DNA from: Tubulanus polymorphus
Taxonomy: Eukaryota; Animalia; Nemertea
Direction: 5' to 3'
DNA: 64,000 nt
Assembly (NCBI RefSeq): GCF_964204645.1
Contig: NC_134029.1
Location: 8,334,850-8,398,849 of the forward strand
Position numbers and translations under genes: made by a program. The notes under the pieces are model-generated. The model worked only from the letters and a program-made list of their open reading frames with translations. It did no database searches and was not told the origin of the DNA. Shown in pieces: positions 39,230 to 50,760 of the stretch; positions within the stretch are counted from its first letter, which is position 1, and each line of letters opens with the position of its first letter.

Positions 39230-39830
39230 CTATATAATGTCATTTAACATTCTCATGTGAAAGATCAACGCTGTACATGAAAGAAATTTCCAGTTGTAGG
39301 CCAAAATGTACGAATCAAAGATGGCTACCAGTCAGTCATTTTGGATGGCATAATGACCTAGATTCATCTGGTGATACATAATGTCATCAAATATCCTCTT
39401 GTGAAATATCAATGCTCTATATGTAAGAAATTTCCTAGTTATATGCCGAAATGTATTTTTTGGAATCAAAGAAGGCTGCCAGTCAGCCATCTTGGATGGT
39501 ATCATAACATGGATTCATTCACTCATATATCTAATGTCATCTCATGTGAAATATCAATCAATGCTGGACATGAAAGAAATTTCCAGTTTTTTTGGAATCA
39601 AAGATGGCTTCCAGTCAGTCATCTTGGATGCCATAATGAGTTAGATGATATAAAATGCACCTAACATTTTCATGTGGAATATCAATGCTCTGATCAAGTT
39701 ATAAGCCAAAATTAACACTTTTGGTACTTTAAGATGGACACCAGTCGGCCATTTTGGATGGCATTATAACCCAGATTTCACGTGCAACTGAATACAATAA
39801 TATACACTATACCTTGTGGACATGATTAGT
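39230..39830 (+). repeat. Tandem ~130-150-bp HINE-type core repeats
   Basis: AAGATGGCT-CCAGTCAG-CATYTTGGATGG near 39319, 39469, 39601 and 39731; related sequence at 55795-56095. Confidence 0.75.
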
Positions 39831-41021
39831 GACAGATATTCATATAATTAGAGACGGATAGTCTTTACAAAACTAACAGAGGCGGATCTAGGGACAAGAT
39901 CTGATTTTTTAGTGCAAATTGAAAGGAAAAATCCCCTATAAGCGCCCTGGCAACACCCATAAAAATCATTGGTTTGGCAAGAAAAGCAAAAATAATATCA
40001 GCACAAGTTTGAAAGAAATTTCAGGGGAAGTAATAAATTTCATTCAACTCGGTTGAGAAAAATGTTTGCCTTACAAACTATACAAAATTTCTAGACTGAA
40101 AACTTGTTGCGATAACTCGTGTCAATGCCCGCAAATCAGTCCCTTGGCTCCCCAGTGTTACCTTGATGCATCTCCTATAGTTCGACGCGCGGTCAAATCC
40201 GGCGCGGCGAATAATTAACAAAACTGTAATGAGAAATTGTGATGAGAATTGAGTTTAGCTCGGCGAATATGACCAGTGTCTCGCGCTGGTTTAATTCAAT
40301 AACCGATATGCAGCTCATTAGGGGCCATTGTAAGTTCGTAATCTCATCACCTGAACCCTAGCAAGTCACCGAGATGAGCTCGCTATAATGCGCGACGATG
40401 CTATAGATCATTGTTACGTCGTCGTCGGGCGATCTCGGATACCAGCGCTAAATGATTACTTCTTGTATCATAGACGAAATAAAGAGAATGTAGCCAGCGA
40501 TCATAATGAGGAACGAACTCGCGCCGCGGCGAAATTAGAATTATCGACGCGATGACGAAAAATCAATCGATGGTTGCCGCTGAAATACATCGATAACACA
40601 GCGTCCCTTAACACCACACCTATATTCTCAGATTCCAATCCAAGTGGGACAAGGATTTCAGCATAGAAATATGATTATGTATAAAATAGCTCTCTGAGAA
40701 TTGAGTTACAACAATTATAATAATGATAATGATAATAAAAATAATGATTATTGCTTTTCCATATAAAAGCATGCTCAAAGCACTTATTTCTCTAATGCAT
40801 GCCGTGAAAATAGCCAAGATTCTAAGTCTTTTAAAACTGTCCAGGGATGGAGACATTCTGACTGGTGTCGGTAAGCTGTACCCTAGTTACAGTATGTCAC
40901 ATGAATTTAGGAAAGAATTCGTAGCAATGAGTTTTTAACAATAAGAACTTAGGTTATGCATGTGTAGTATGTATTGTTCATATGTATCATATATAAAAAG
41001 ACCGTTAAGGTGACTTTTAAC

Positions 41022-41190
41022 ATCAGGACCGAGTCAAATTTGGCCCGTGCCTAATTAGAGAGCGCGTTATATACCACTCACTTGAAAACTGCTGCACTTC
41101 ACACGCAATAATTTGACCAGTGCTAAAATTTTGCTCGGGCCTAGTCCAACGTTTTCGGTCAGGCCAAATCGGCATGGTCAAAATTGGCCT
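41022..41190 (-). mobile_element. MITE family M1, fragment
   Basis: GAGTCAAATTTGGCCCGTGCCTAATTAGAGAGCGCG and GCTAAAATTTTGCTCGGGCCT blocks. Confidence 0.75.
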
Positions 41191-41264
41191 ACGACCTTTA
41201 CAGACATTTATAACTTATCTTTTCTTACAGCCATAGAAGTTGGTCAAATTTAACCAATTGATAA

Positions 41265-41299
41265 CTGCGATGGTGACTAGACACTAGTCACCATTGCAG
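41265..41299. repeat. 16-bp-stem hairpin
   Basis: CTGCGATGGTGACTAG-ACA-CTAGTCACCATTGCAG, one G-T pair. Confidence 0.85.
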
Positions 41300-44200
41300 G
41301 CTAGACACATAGGTCAACTTAAACTAACCTTCGAGCAACTGGCCTAAGCTATGCTATAATATGGTAAGTTATGGTTTTTTTTATATTTTTTTCCGTAGAA
41401 AATTTTTGTTTTCTATTGTTTTTATTTTGTCCCTTCACCCTCCTATTTTTCTTGAATAAATCTGAACTCCCAGTGATTAACAAAAAAATGGCCTTATGAA
41501 ACATTTTTACGTCAGTTTCAAATAGTTTCATTTTTCAGCCCCCTTTAACAAACATTCAAGTGACTGTGCAAAGCAGCTGAGAATATATTTATCTTCTCTG
41601 ATAGCTCAGACAGCGCAGTGTGTTCTCTGAGGTAACACCTGACGTAATATTCACTGTTTCTGTAGCAGACGCGCGCACTACCCTAGCAGACGGCATAGCT
41701 TACGTCAACATATTACTCCCAGATTCAGCCAGCTCGGTTGGAAAAACAAGTCGGAAACGCTGTTTACAAATCCTCCAGCTATGTTTTCATAGTTGCCAGT
41801 TTTTACATGAAAGCGTTTTACTCGAAATCCCCGGTGATTCTTTGAAGAGTCGGTCTTCTATTCACCCAAAAGCGTATTATATGTTCTCATAACTACCAGC
41901 CTTATTCATAATAAAGTAAAAATAATAAATAATTCGAATTTATTCTCAAAATGCTTATCACGTGACCATTTGCAGTTGCCAGTAATCGTAACCGACATAA
42001 GCAGGGAAGCAACTGGGAGGATCTCGTATCCCGCTAGTCGTCCTCAGTTGCTGCGAATCGGAGCGCAGTCGACATAAGCTGGGCTGCGATCACGGTTGCT
42101 CTCAGTTGCACCAGTAGGTGTCCGCGTTGCTTGTCAACATAAGCCAGCCTTTAAAGATGTTGGAAGATGCTGTTTATTTTTCTTAAGATAATGATTAATC
42201 TTGAAAAGTCCGGACGATGGTTTTGTCTCGACGATAGCCAGTAAAAAGTCAAGGGTAATGGAATGCGCACGGAACATCACCTGCTAGTAATATGACACCT
42301 ATTAGTCTCAAAGAAAGGGTCCATCAGTAGACCGACTAGGAAACTAATCAGGAAAAAATACATTTCATAACGATACGAAAATACATGACAATTTCTGACG
42401 GAATAAGGTAGTTAATAAATAATTCACGATGATCCATCGCCTACGCAGACGTAGCACACCATTTGAACTAGTATATTAGCGAGCAACAGTCTCCGACGTT
42501 TATTTCTCAATTTCTGCATAGGACCCCGGTAGAATTTGCTGCATTTCGTCGCTCTTTTTGACAGCGAAATTGAACTCACCCGTAAAAGACTTTTCGCAGG
42601 CAAGATGGACTAATTCAAATCTAACGACCCACAGAGGAGGAGGAGCGCGGAGAAATTCTTTTAAAAACAAGCATTCATGGATAAGTAGCAGAAAATCATA
42701 GTACAATGTATAAGACACATTAAATTCATTTTTTGCTAATTAGTTAGAAAAAGGTTCCACCCGGTCACTGCTGAGTTACAAGTGATATCAAGCATTGAAA
42801 TATAAGGTTAAGATGTTATGTCAAGTAGTAACATTTGCCTCATACAAAAAACATAACTTGCGTTACCTATGAAATTAATATGTAAGAATGATCATGTTCT
42901 ATGTGTCATTGGAACCGTAATCTTTTAACCGAGTTGAGAATTGGGGAAGTTGACGGTGTTTCTGAAAGAAATCTTTGTCTATTCATGATTCCTTTGCTGT
43001 ATATCTTTCAGGAATTCTATGTATACGGGATTAAAAGAGGACCTGGTAAAAAAAGCTCACGTGGCAGCTCAATTCACTTGAAAATCAATCTCAGTTATTC
43101 TAGAGATAAGTTATCTATTAGTGGTGTGGCAGCTGACAAGGTCGAATCACTGATATCATATTTCTCGTTATATTTTTCCTATCAACGTTTGGTCAGTTTT
43201 TCATTGTCTCAACAATATACAGTGATATATATCATTCTTCAATGTGCCGATAAACTTCCAAGTTAGTTTTCCTGTTCGATGAAATATGTTCGACGTTTAA
43301 GTGGTGATACCTGGAGGGAAAGTCGACGCGCCACTGGTCCTCATTGTACCCAGTTTATAAATCAAAGCGTTTAGTTTATATTCGGCGTTATCAACTGTTC
43401 CCGGTGTTCAGTGAAATAAATCGCATCGCCCGCACCTGATTAACCGGTATACCGGATATCCTCGAACCAGCCGAAATATCCTATAAAAATAATAAGTGCG
43501 AACTGCCCGCGTTGCACCCGAGATCTTTTGTGTCGGACGATATTTCATTCTTCGGAGAATTTATAGGTGGCCGGTTCTGCGGATAGCGGTTTTATGAAGA
43601 ATCTAAGAATTGTAATGCAGTGGCGCGAGTGAACAGCCAACCTCTGAAATGTACGATCAGTACAGATTGAATTTTTTTCAGTAACGTTTCATTGAAATAT
43701 GAAGGAAAACGTTCAAATTAATCCGTAATCAACAGTAATACCCTCAGTAACATCTTTCATATTTCTGTAAACACATCGAACAAATCAAATCAGTATTTCT
43801 CATTTCGAAAGAGTATAAAAAACTGAAAACCAGGAACAGTTGGCAACTCGTAGCAAAACTATAGCAAAAGATACGTAGTAGCAGTGAGAAGAATATATTC
43901 CCTATGAAATACTGCGACTTTTGCTGCATTTTTATAAGTCATCGAAGAGTGAGTGGCAGTGTAGAGGAAAAACCCCCGCTGCCTGCCTACTCGGAATCTC
44001 GGTCAGCGAGAACCTTTTTTATTGACACAAGATAACTTGTCAATAAGTATAAATGCGCAATCAGCCGATGGTTTTTATCAATCGTTGATTGTTGCGGAGT
44101 TATCGGGCCGGATACTTGATTGCGCGGGAGAGAACAGCTACGCTTCGACCGTTCTCGAGACATAGAGATTCATTTCCTTGTACAACACTTGATAATGGCT

Positions 44201-44810
44201 CCCCCCTGCGAAAATCACAATAGAAATGGACTATTATGCATCGCCCCCTTCTTACCACTCTTCTCGTATAGCTTACATAAAACTTCTGACTATATAAATC
44301 ACCGGTTTGCCTGACATTATCTACTCGATGTATCAAATGTATTGGAATTAGTATCATCAAGTCTGATGCTACCTTCCACTTTTCCAGTTATTTAAGTCAC
44401 TCGACTCATTTGATCATTTATTATTGTGCTGTTATTTTTTTCTCTTTGTCCCATAGATTACAGCCTTAAATCTACTCTCCGTGGTCCCTTCCAAGAATCT
44501 GTAAAAACTTTTTTTTGTATAAGATTTATTTTGTAATATGGAATCAAAGAGATATGAATATCCTATCATATATCATATCATATTATTAAAAGTTCCCTTG
44601 TATTCAGGACGGAGATAATCGGCTTTCAGGGTATGAATGGGGTACCAGCAATGCTGCTATGGCAATTGAGGATTTCGCAAGTCAAATCAATTATCACCAC
44701 TTATAACTATACCTAATATGAAGTAGTTAAAGTTGATATCCCTATAGGCTTGTATAACAATATTTAGCCGAAAGGTCCAGATCAAATAAACATGATGAGA
44801 TAGGGACTTT

Positions 44811-45149
44811 CATCCTCCCTTGGCAGGGATTCGAACCTGATGGCATTGCTTAACTCAGCCACGGCACGAACCCCCTGCGACAGTAGACCGGTTGCGCAGG
44901 TACATGCGCAGCTTTGCCGGACGAAAACTTGTGGCACCAATCAGATTGCTCGTTGTATAATCGGCGAGGTAAATTTCACGGAATAATTATAAATGGGAAA
45001 ACCCGGGAAAAAATAAAAGGATATCTGATTGGCTGATATTGACATCATCTAAGCTGCGCGTGTAGCTGCGTACTCGGTCTAGTGTGGCAGGGTTTCGTAC
45101 CGTGGCAATCTCGATGCCATCAGGTTCGAATCCCTGCCGCGGGAGGATG
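44811..45149 (-). mobile_element. Mutator-like MITE family M6, copy 2
   Basis: AGGGACTTT|CATCCTCCCTTGGCAGGGATTCGAACCTGATGGCAT ... ATGCCATCAGGTTCGAATCCCTGCCGCGGGAGGATG|AAGGACTTT (9-bp duplication, 1 mismatch). Confidence 0.85.
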
Positions 45150-45312
45150 AAGGACTTTATTCTCCTTAGAAATGATAGCATAGGGAAAGGAGGTCTGAAA
45201 AAATCATGCGTAAAAAACATAACGCAGAAAATATACAAAATAATGCACGCTTCAAAAATATTGATTCTCCAGTTGTTTACAGTTATAGATACAGAAAAAA
45301 GAACTAGATTCC

Positions 45313-45327
45313 ACGCCATCTGGTGGG
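45313..45327 (-). promoter_or_regulatory. CTCF-like motif
   Basis: Minus strand CCCACCAGATGGCGT matches the CTCF core; motif match only. Confidence 0.3.
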
Positions 45328-46306
45328 AAAAGTGGGAAACTTCTCCGTTGTATATACTGAATTCGCTTTTCGTAGACGTGGAATTGGACAGATGATTCGA
45401 ATTCGTGAGATATACCTGCAGCATTGAAATGAAGGCCGGATGGAGCAAGAGCTGTTATAAATAAACACATGCACGCCTACGCGGATAGTTGATAAAAAAA
45501 AGTCAGGCAGATGTTGTAGAATGTACCTGACAAAACGATCAATAACTGACTAACCTAATGACGCACAGGTAAGTATGATGATACAGTCATCGAGATGGCT
45601 TTGAATTTTCTTCGCGCCGAAAAACGAAGAGGGAAAAAAAACATGGTTTGCCATTACCGCGCGAACGAGCGGGTAAACGTTCGAAAAAGATGATTCATTC
45701 GCCTTGAAATTAACAGAAGATGCGAGAGAAAGTAAAGCGCGGCGATGAATTCGATCGAGGATGAATTTATCCATTTCCATTCGGGCGATCGCGTTGTCAA
45801 AGATAAACAATGATTTGCGAACTGAAAATTGCCCATTTTATACAATTTCATTTGATTTATCTCGTTCGCGCGCTGAATTCAACGCACAACAACGGCGCGG
45901 GCGCAATATTCACGGTAAAACGGCCAATTCGCCAGTTGCCGAGGATTTTCCGACGGAATTGATACGCGATAAATTCCGATACGTGAGTCTACGGATCGCG
46001 GATGCCGCGTAGTATTCGCGAATGTACGACTTAATTTGAATAAAAACTGAATTCAGTTTAGATTCTAATGCGATATATGCATACTTGGATCAGCGTCGAT
46101 GAATCGCGGTTAAGCATCCGGCTACCTTTCACCTGACAAATTAGACCGATCGGAATCAATAATTAGAGTTTAATTGAGAGTGAATCCGAGATTGTTTGTT
46201 CGATAAGATGTCTTCGTGACATTTTCCCGCTTCTGTAAATTTAGAAACTTCTCTCAAATAGTCGTGGTAGTTACCTCGACCAATAAGCTCGCATTATCTA
46301 GACAAT

Positions 46307-46600
46307 AGCCGCAATCACACAAGCATTTTTGGCCCGTGCCAAATTTGGAACAACTGTTCACATGGGTGCTAAATGGGCTGTGCCTTTTTGGCGTGACCAA
46401 AAACGTTGGACAAGGCCCGAGTCGAATTTTAGCACGGCACATATGATTGCGTTCGATTGCAACTGATTCCTGAAATGACTTCGCTTTATTTGAACATAGT
46501 TTTAGTATCGAGTGAGTGTTTTACGAGTGGGCAAAATTTGACTCTGGCCTGGTCCATGCCAAATTGGCCCGTGCCAAATCATTTTCGTGCGAATGTGGCT
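46307..46600 (+). mobile_element. MITE family M1
   Basis: AGCCGCAATCACACAAGCATTTTTGGCCCGTGCCAAATTTGG ... CGTGCGAATGTGGCT. Confidence 0.85.
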
Positions 46601-47831
46601 CTAGACAATTTTCATGCATGGAATTTACTTTTTCTCTTTGCTTCGCCCTAGTTCATACATCCGTGCTTCACCCAAGTTATCGATGTTTAATTCAGATGTT
46701 CAATTTAGTGATCTTGATATCGTGACGTTTACTTTTAAACGGTATTTGGAGCCTATACCATTGAAGCAGTGAGATTTCAATCCGCGTACTTAAGAATATC
46801 GCGAAGTCGAAGCATCACCTCAACGTCAGACCGAGGAAATGAAGATGTCACAATTTATAGAGCAAAATGAAAATATTACAATTTATATAGAGATGTAATG
46901 CATGCGATTATCTCTGCCCAGTCGGGGATTCGAATCTTAATTTTCAGGTTCATTCGGATGTCAGAATCGAATCTCAGTCCGACGATGATGGATATAAACC
47001 AAAATCGATCAACAGAATTGGACGGACCAGATACGGATAGAAAAGAACGAACTACATATGAATACCATATCTTCTTTCTCTAGCCGAAACCCGGGCGATG
47101 GCAATCAGCCTCAACAACCTCTCCAGGAAGTCTCATTGAGATAGAGAAAATAAGAGGGTCGGCGTACAGATCACAGGTAGAATCTTGTTCTAAATACGAG
47201 ACAATCTTTCCACAGTCGTTGAAATTTTTCCTATTCGTTCAACGATCCTTGCAGAGTAGTCTGATTACTCCAAGACCGATCTCACCCACGATTCGCGCCG
47301 ATAAAGATATACTAGAAAACATCCACAAGAAACCCCGAAATGTTACATCGCATATTTGTACATTTTTTTCCACAACGCTAGTTCGTATATGATATATGTT
47401 ATCATATTACGATTCACACGATGTTGCCTAGGCAAGCAGCAGGTTGGTGGCTGTGAATCCAAACAATATTTATACATGGCATCATATAGTATACGGTATG
47501 TCAGCAGGTGATGCTTTTATACACGAAAAAACTCAACTCATTGCAATAAACTGCTGTACACGCATACATTCACCTATACGAGATATGAGACATCATTAAA
47601 TTATGTTCTATTTATCGGGTCAATTATAGCGTTCTTGTCAGGATAATGCACTGGCAGATGCAATGCAAGAGGGTGTTGTAATTTGGTGGAAAAAAATGTT
47701 TCAGTCGACCGTTGAGTCTGACCATGGACACTTTTAGAGTCCATGGTCTGACACAGTCTAGGCAGGCTACAATTGAATGTATTTTGGTTTAGGAATAGCA
47801 ATATTTTGGATTGCAAACTCTCGACACCAGC

Positions 47832-48312
47832 GTTAACAGATGACGCTAGTCCGGAATAGGTTTCTCTATACCTGGGTTAACAGATCATACATTAGTCCGG
47901 AATAGGTTTCTCTATACCTGGGTTAACAGATCATACATTAGTCCGGAATAGGTTTCTCTATACCTGGGTTAACAGATGACGCTAGTCCGGAATAGGTTTC
48001 TCTATACCTGGGTTAACAGATGACGCTAGTCCGGAATAGGTTTCTCTATACCTGGGTTAACAGATCATACATTAGTCCGGAATAGGTTTCTCTATACCTG
48101 GGTTAACAGATCATACGCTAGTCCGGAATAGGTTTCTCTATACCTGGGTTAACAGATGACACTAGTCCGGAATAGGTTTCTCTATACCTGGGTTAACAGA
48201 TCATACATTAGTCCGGAATAGGTTTCTCTATACCTGGGTTAACAGATCATACATTAGTCCGGAATAGGTTTCTCTATACCTGGGTTAACAGATAATACGT
48301 TAGTCTGGATTA
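47832..48312. repeat. Minisatellite with interspersed 44- and 46-bp variants, 10 full units plus a partial
   Basis: GTTAACAGAT(GACGC|CATACAT)TAGTCCGGAATAGGTTTCTCTATACCTGG starts at 47832, 47876, 47922, 47968, 48012, 48056, 48102, 48148, 48192, 48238 and 48284. Confidence 0.97.
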
Positions 48313-48669
48313 GGTAGAGCCCAAAAACTTCAGTAGAGCGTATTCCAGTCAAAACTAACACACCAGAAGAGTATTCCTGAATCCTGCCCTAGGTATCCAA
48401 TGTCTGCGGGTTTTATTATAGGGCATTTTCGAGAATATATATTATCTTTTCCTCCCGGGAGTCGTTCCCCTTTGCAGTGCATTCCTAACATAGCTCGCCG
48501 CGCATATTTGGAGAAAGTTGAGGGTCTATCCATCCCACGTGTAACGTAATTACATCTCTTGAAAATATTCCCAGGCCGGTGATCCGGTATCTGTCCATAA
48601 AACAGTGCTTCAACTATTCTAATAATATAAATCGCTCGATATTACTGACTGAGTATATATACTGTATAT

Positions 48670-48927
48670 ACTCAGTAATATATATATATAAAGGGTATTT
48701 CAGATTACAGGTGAGATACTGACGTGGCTCCTGCAGGGTGAATTAAATATTTCAAACTCAGTAATATATATATATAAAGGGTATTTCAGATTACAGGTGA
48801 GATACTGACGTGGCTCCTGCAGGGTGAATTAAATATTTCAAACTCAGTAATATATATATATAAAGGGTATTTCAGATTACAGGTGAGATACTGACGTGGC
48901 TCCTGCAGGGTGAATTAAATATTTCAA
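48670..48927. repeat. Perfect triplication of an 86-bp unit
   Basis: ACTCAGTAATATATATATATAAAGGG...AATATTTCAA at 48670, 48756 and 48842. Confidence 0.97.
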
Positions 48928-49272
48928 TCCGGACAACCGATCGATATACAAAATTATATACAAAATTTCAATACTTTAAAGCATTTCAAGGGTCAGGCCA
49001 CCTGACCAATTCCAGGTACTCAGTATACCAGTATACTAGCTATAAGAGGTATATACACATTCCCAGTGCATGAGGGTACTCATTCAGAGGTGATGTTAGA
49101 CGACATTATTCGATGTATACATAAAATTTCTCAAATATCAAGATGGCCTCCATTCCGTTTTCGAAGTTCTAAATGAACTATGCTGTCAGTCCGTTCTTAT
49201 TTGGCCTGTGCCTGGAACAGAACAAATCAATGCTGAGCATTCACATATACTTTTTAAATCCAGCTATTATAA

Positions 49273-49410
49273 CATCCGCCCTCGACAGGCATTCCAACCT
49301 GGCACTGCTAGTCTGCCAGGGCATGGACCATGCCTGATCAGCAGAACAGGCAACGGGCAATCTGATTGGCGCAGCACGTTTTTGTGCGGCTAACCAGTGC
49401 ATGTACCTGC
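49273..49410 (+). mobile_element. Diverged, truncated relative of family M6
   Basis: CATCCGCCCTCGACAGGCATTCCAACCTG resembles the M6 TIR; GCAATCTGATTGG...GCATGTACCTGC resembles the M6 interior. Confidence 0.5.
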
Positions 49411-49417
49411 TGATTGA

Positions 49418-49630
49418 AGCCGGGATCACACTATCGTTTCAAAACTGTTAGAACTGGTCCAAGCCAAATTTAAGCATAGGTCAAATTATTGCGTGTGAAT
49501 CGCAACTGGAAATAACTCACTTTGCTTTGTTGAAGCATTAGTTTGTATAGAGTGAGTGCACCTAAATTAGGCACGGCCAAATTTGACACGCATCTGATCC
49601 GGGCCAAATCGTCTCCATGTGATCGTGGCC
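49418..49630 (+). mobile_element. MITE family M1, internally deleted
   Basis: AGCCGGGATCACAC ... CATGTGATCGTGGCC. Confidence 0.75.
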
Positions 49631-49965
49631 GTAGAGATGCCTATGAACGCACGGAATTGATTTGATCAACATTGGTCCGTAACAGGTATGAGAGGCCAAA
49701 TTGAGATTAACAATGTGGCTATATACATGTACGGTAATGTATTCTCAGGAATACATCACCGCAAAATACCAATTATCTATCAAAATGAATTCCCAGGGTA
49801 TTTGCCAGTCCTAGTAGCCAGGGAGTATGTACACTATTCGAATCAGTTTCTCCAGCAACATCGTTAAATGGTATGAGTCCATATGGAAGAACTTTCATTG
49901 TACGATCAATCAGGAGGAGTCAACACATTTATAAAAATTCCAAACACATCGCTCACCGCCGAAAA

Positions 49966-49966
<1 letters not shown>

Positions 49967-50018
<52 letters not shown>
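49967..50018. repeat. (AT)n microsatellite
   Basis: TA run. Confidence 0.97.
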
Positions 50019-50019
<1 letters not shown>

Positions 50020-50350
50020 GTATGTGAGGCCATTTTTGATAAGCGTCTGCGCGCTAATCTGCCATATCCGGCGTACCTCGTTGGAGGCAGCAGCGGCGCG
50101 CGATCGCGAACACTGGGGAAATTATAAACTGACGTTTGAAAGAGTGAAGTCAATTTCTCGAAAACGTGACCGCAGTTGCGCGTTAGGTTAACACAAGAGT
50201 TTACCAGTCGTAAAGCTTCGAATTCAAATAAAACCATCAGTCGCGTCGAATAAATAAATACCCACCGGTCGCTACCGGCAGCCGCGCAGGCGCTCGATAG
50301 ATTATCGAAATTGTTGCCGGGTTTTCCAGACGTGCATCGATTTGAATTCG

Positions 50351-50760
50351 CTGTAAAACCTCAGTGAAACCTCAGAAGGGGCTCAGTAAAGGCTCAGTGA
50401 AACCTCAGAAGAGGCTCAGTAAAGGCTCAGTGAAACCTCACAAGAGGCTCAGTAAAGGCTCAGTGAAACCTCAGAAGAGGCTCAGTTAAGGCTCAGTGAA
50501 ACCTCAGTAAAACCTCGGGAAAGGCTTAGTAAAACACCAGTAAAACCTCAGTAAAGCCTCAGTAAAGGCTCAGTAAAACCTCAGTAAAGGCTCCATAAAG
50601 CCTCAATGAAACCTCAGTGCAGTAGAGCCTCAGTAAAGGTCAGTAAAACCTCAGTAAAGCCTCAGTAAAGGTCAGTAAAACCTCAGTAAAGCCTCAGTAA
50701 AGCATCAGTAAAGGCTCAGTAAAACCTCAGTAAAGCATCAGTAAAAACCTCAGTAAAGCA
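50351..50760. repeat. 11-bp minisatellite (CTCAGTAAARS) with higher-order 33/32-bp structure
   Basis: CTCAGTGAAAC-CTCAGAAGAGG-CTCAGTAAAGG triplets in the 5' part; AAAACCTCAGT-AAAGCCTCAGT-AAAGGTCAGT triplets later. Confidence 0.95.

Noticed and set aside
45075-45149. Functional tRNA gene
   Set aside because: A B-box is present, but I cannot fold a clean acceptor and anticodon stem, and the sequence is a transposon TIR.
44987-45448. Longest ORF, 153 aa
   Set aside because: Runs from unique sequence into the M6 MITE; no recognisable domain.
47832-48312. CRISPR-like array
   Set aside because: The variable segment is only 5-7 nt and recurs as two main variants; there are no unique spacers and no cas genes.
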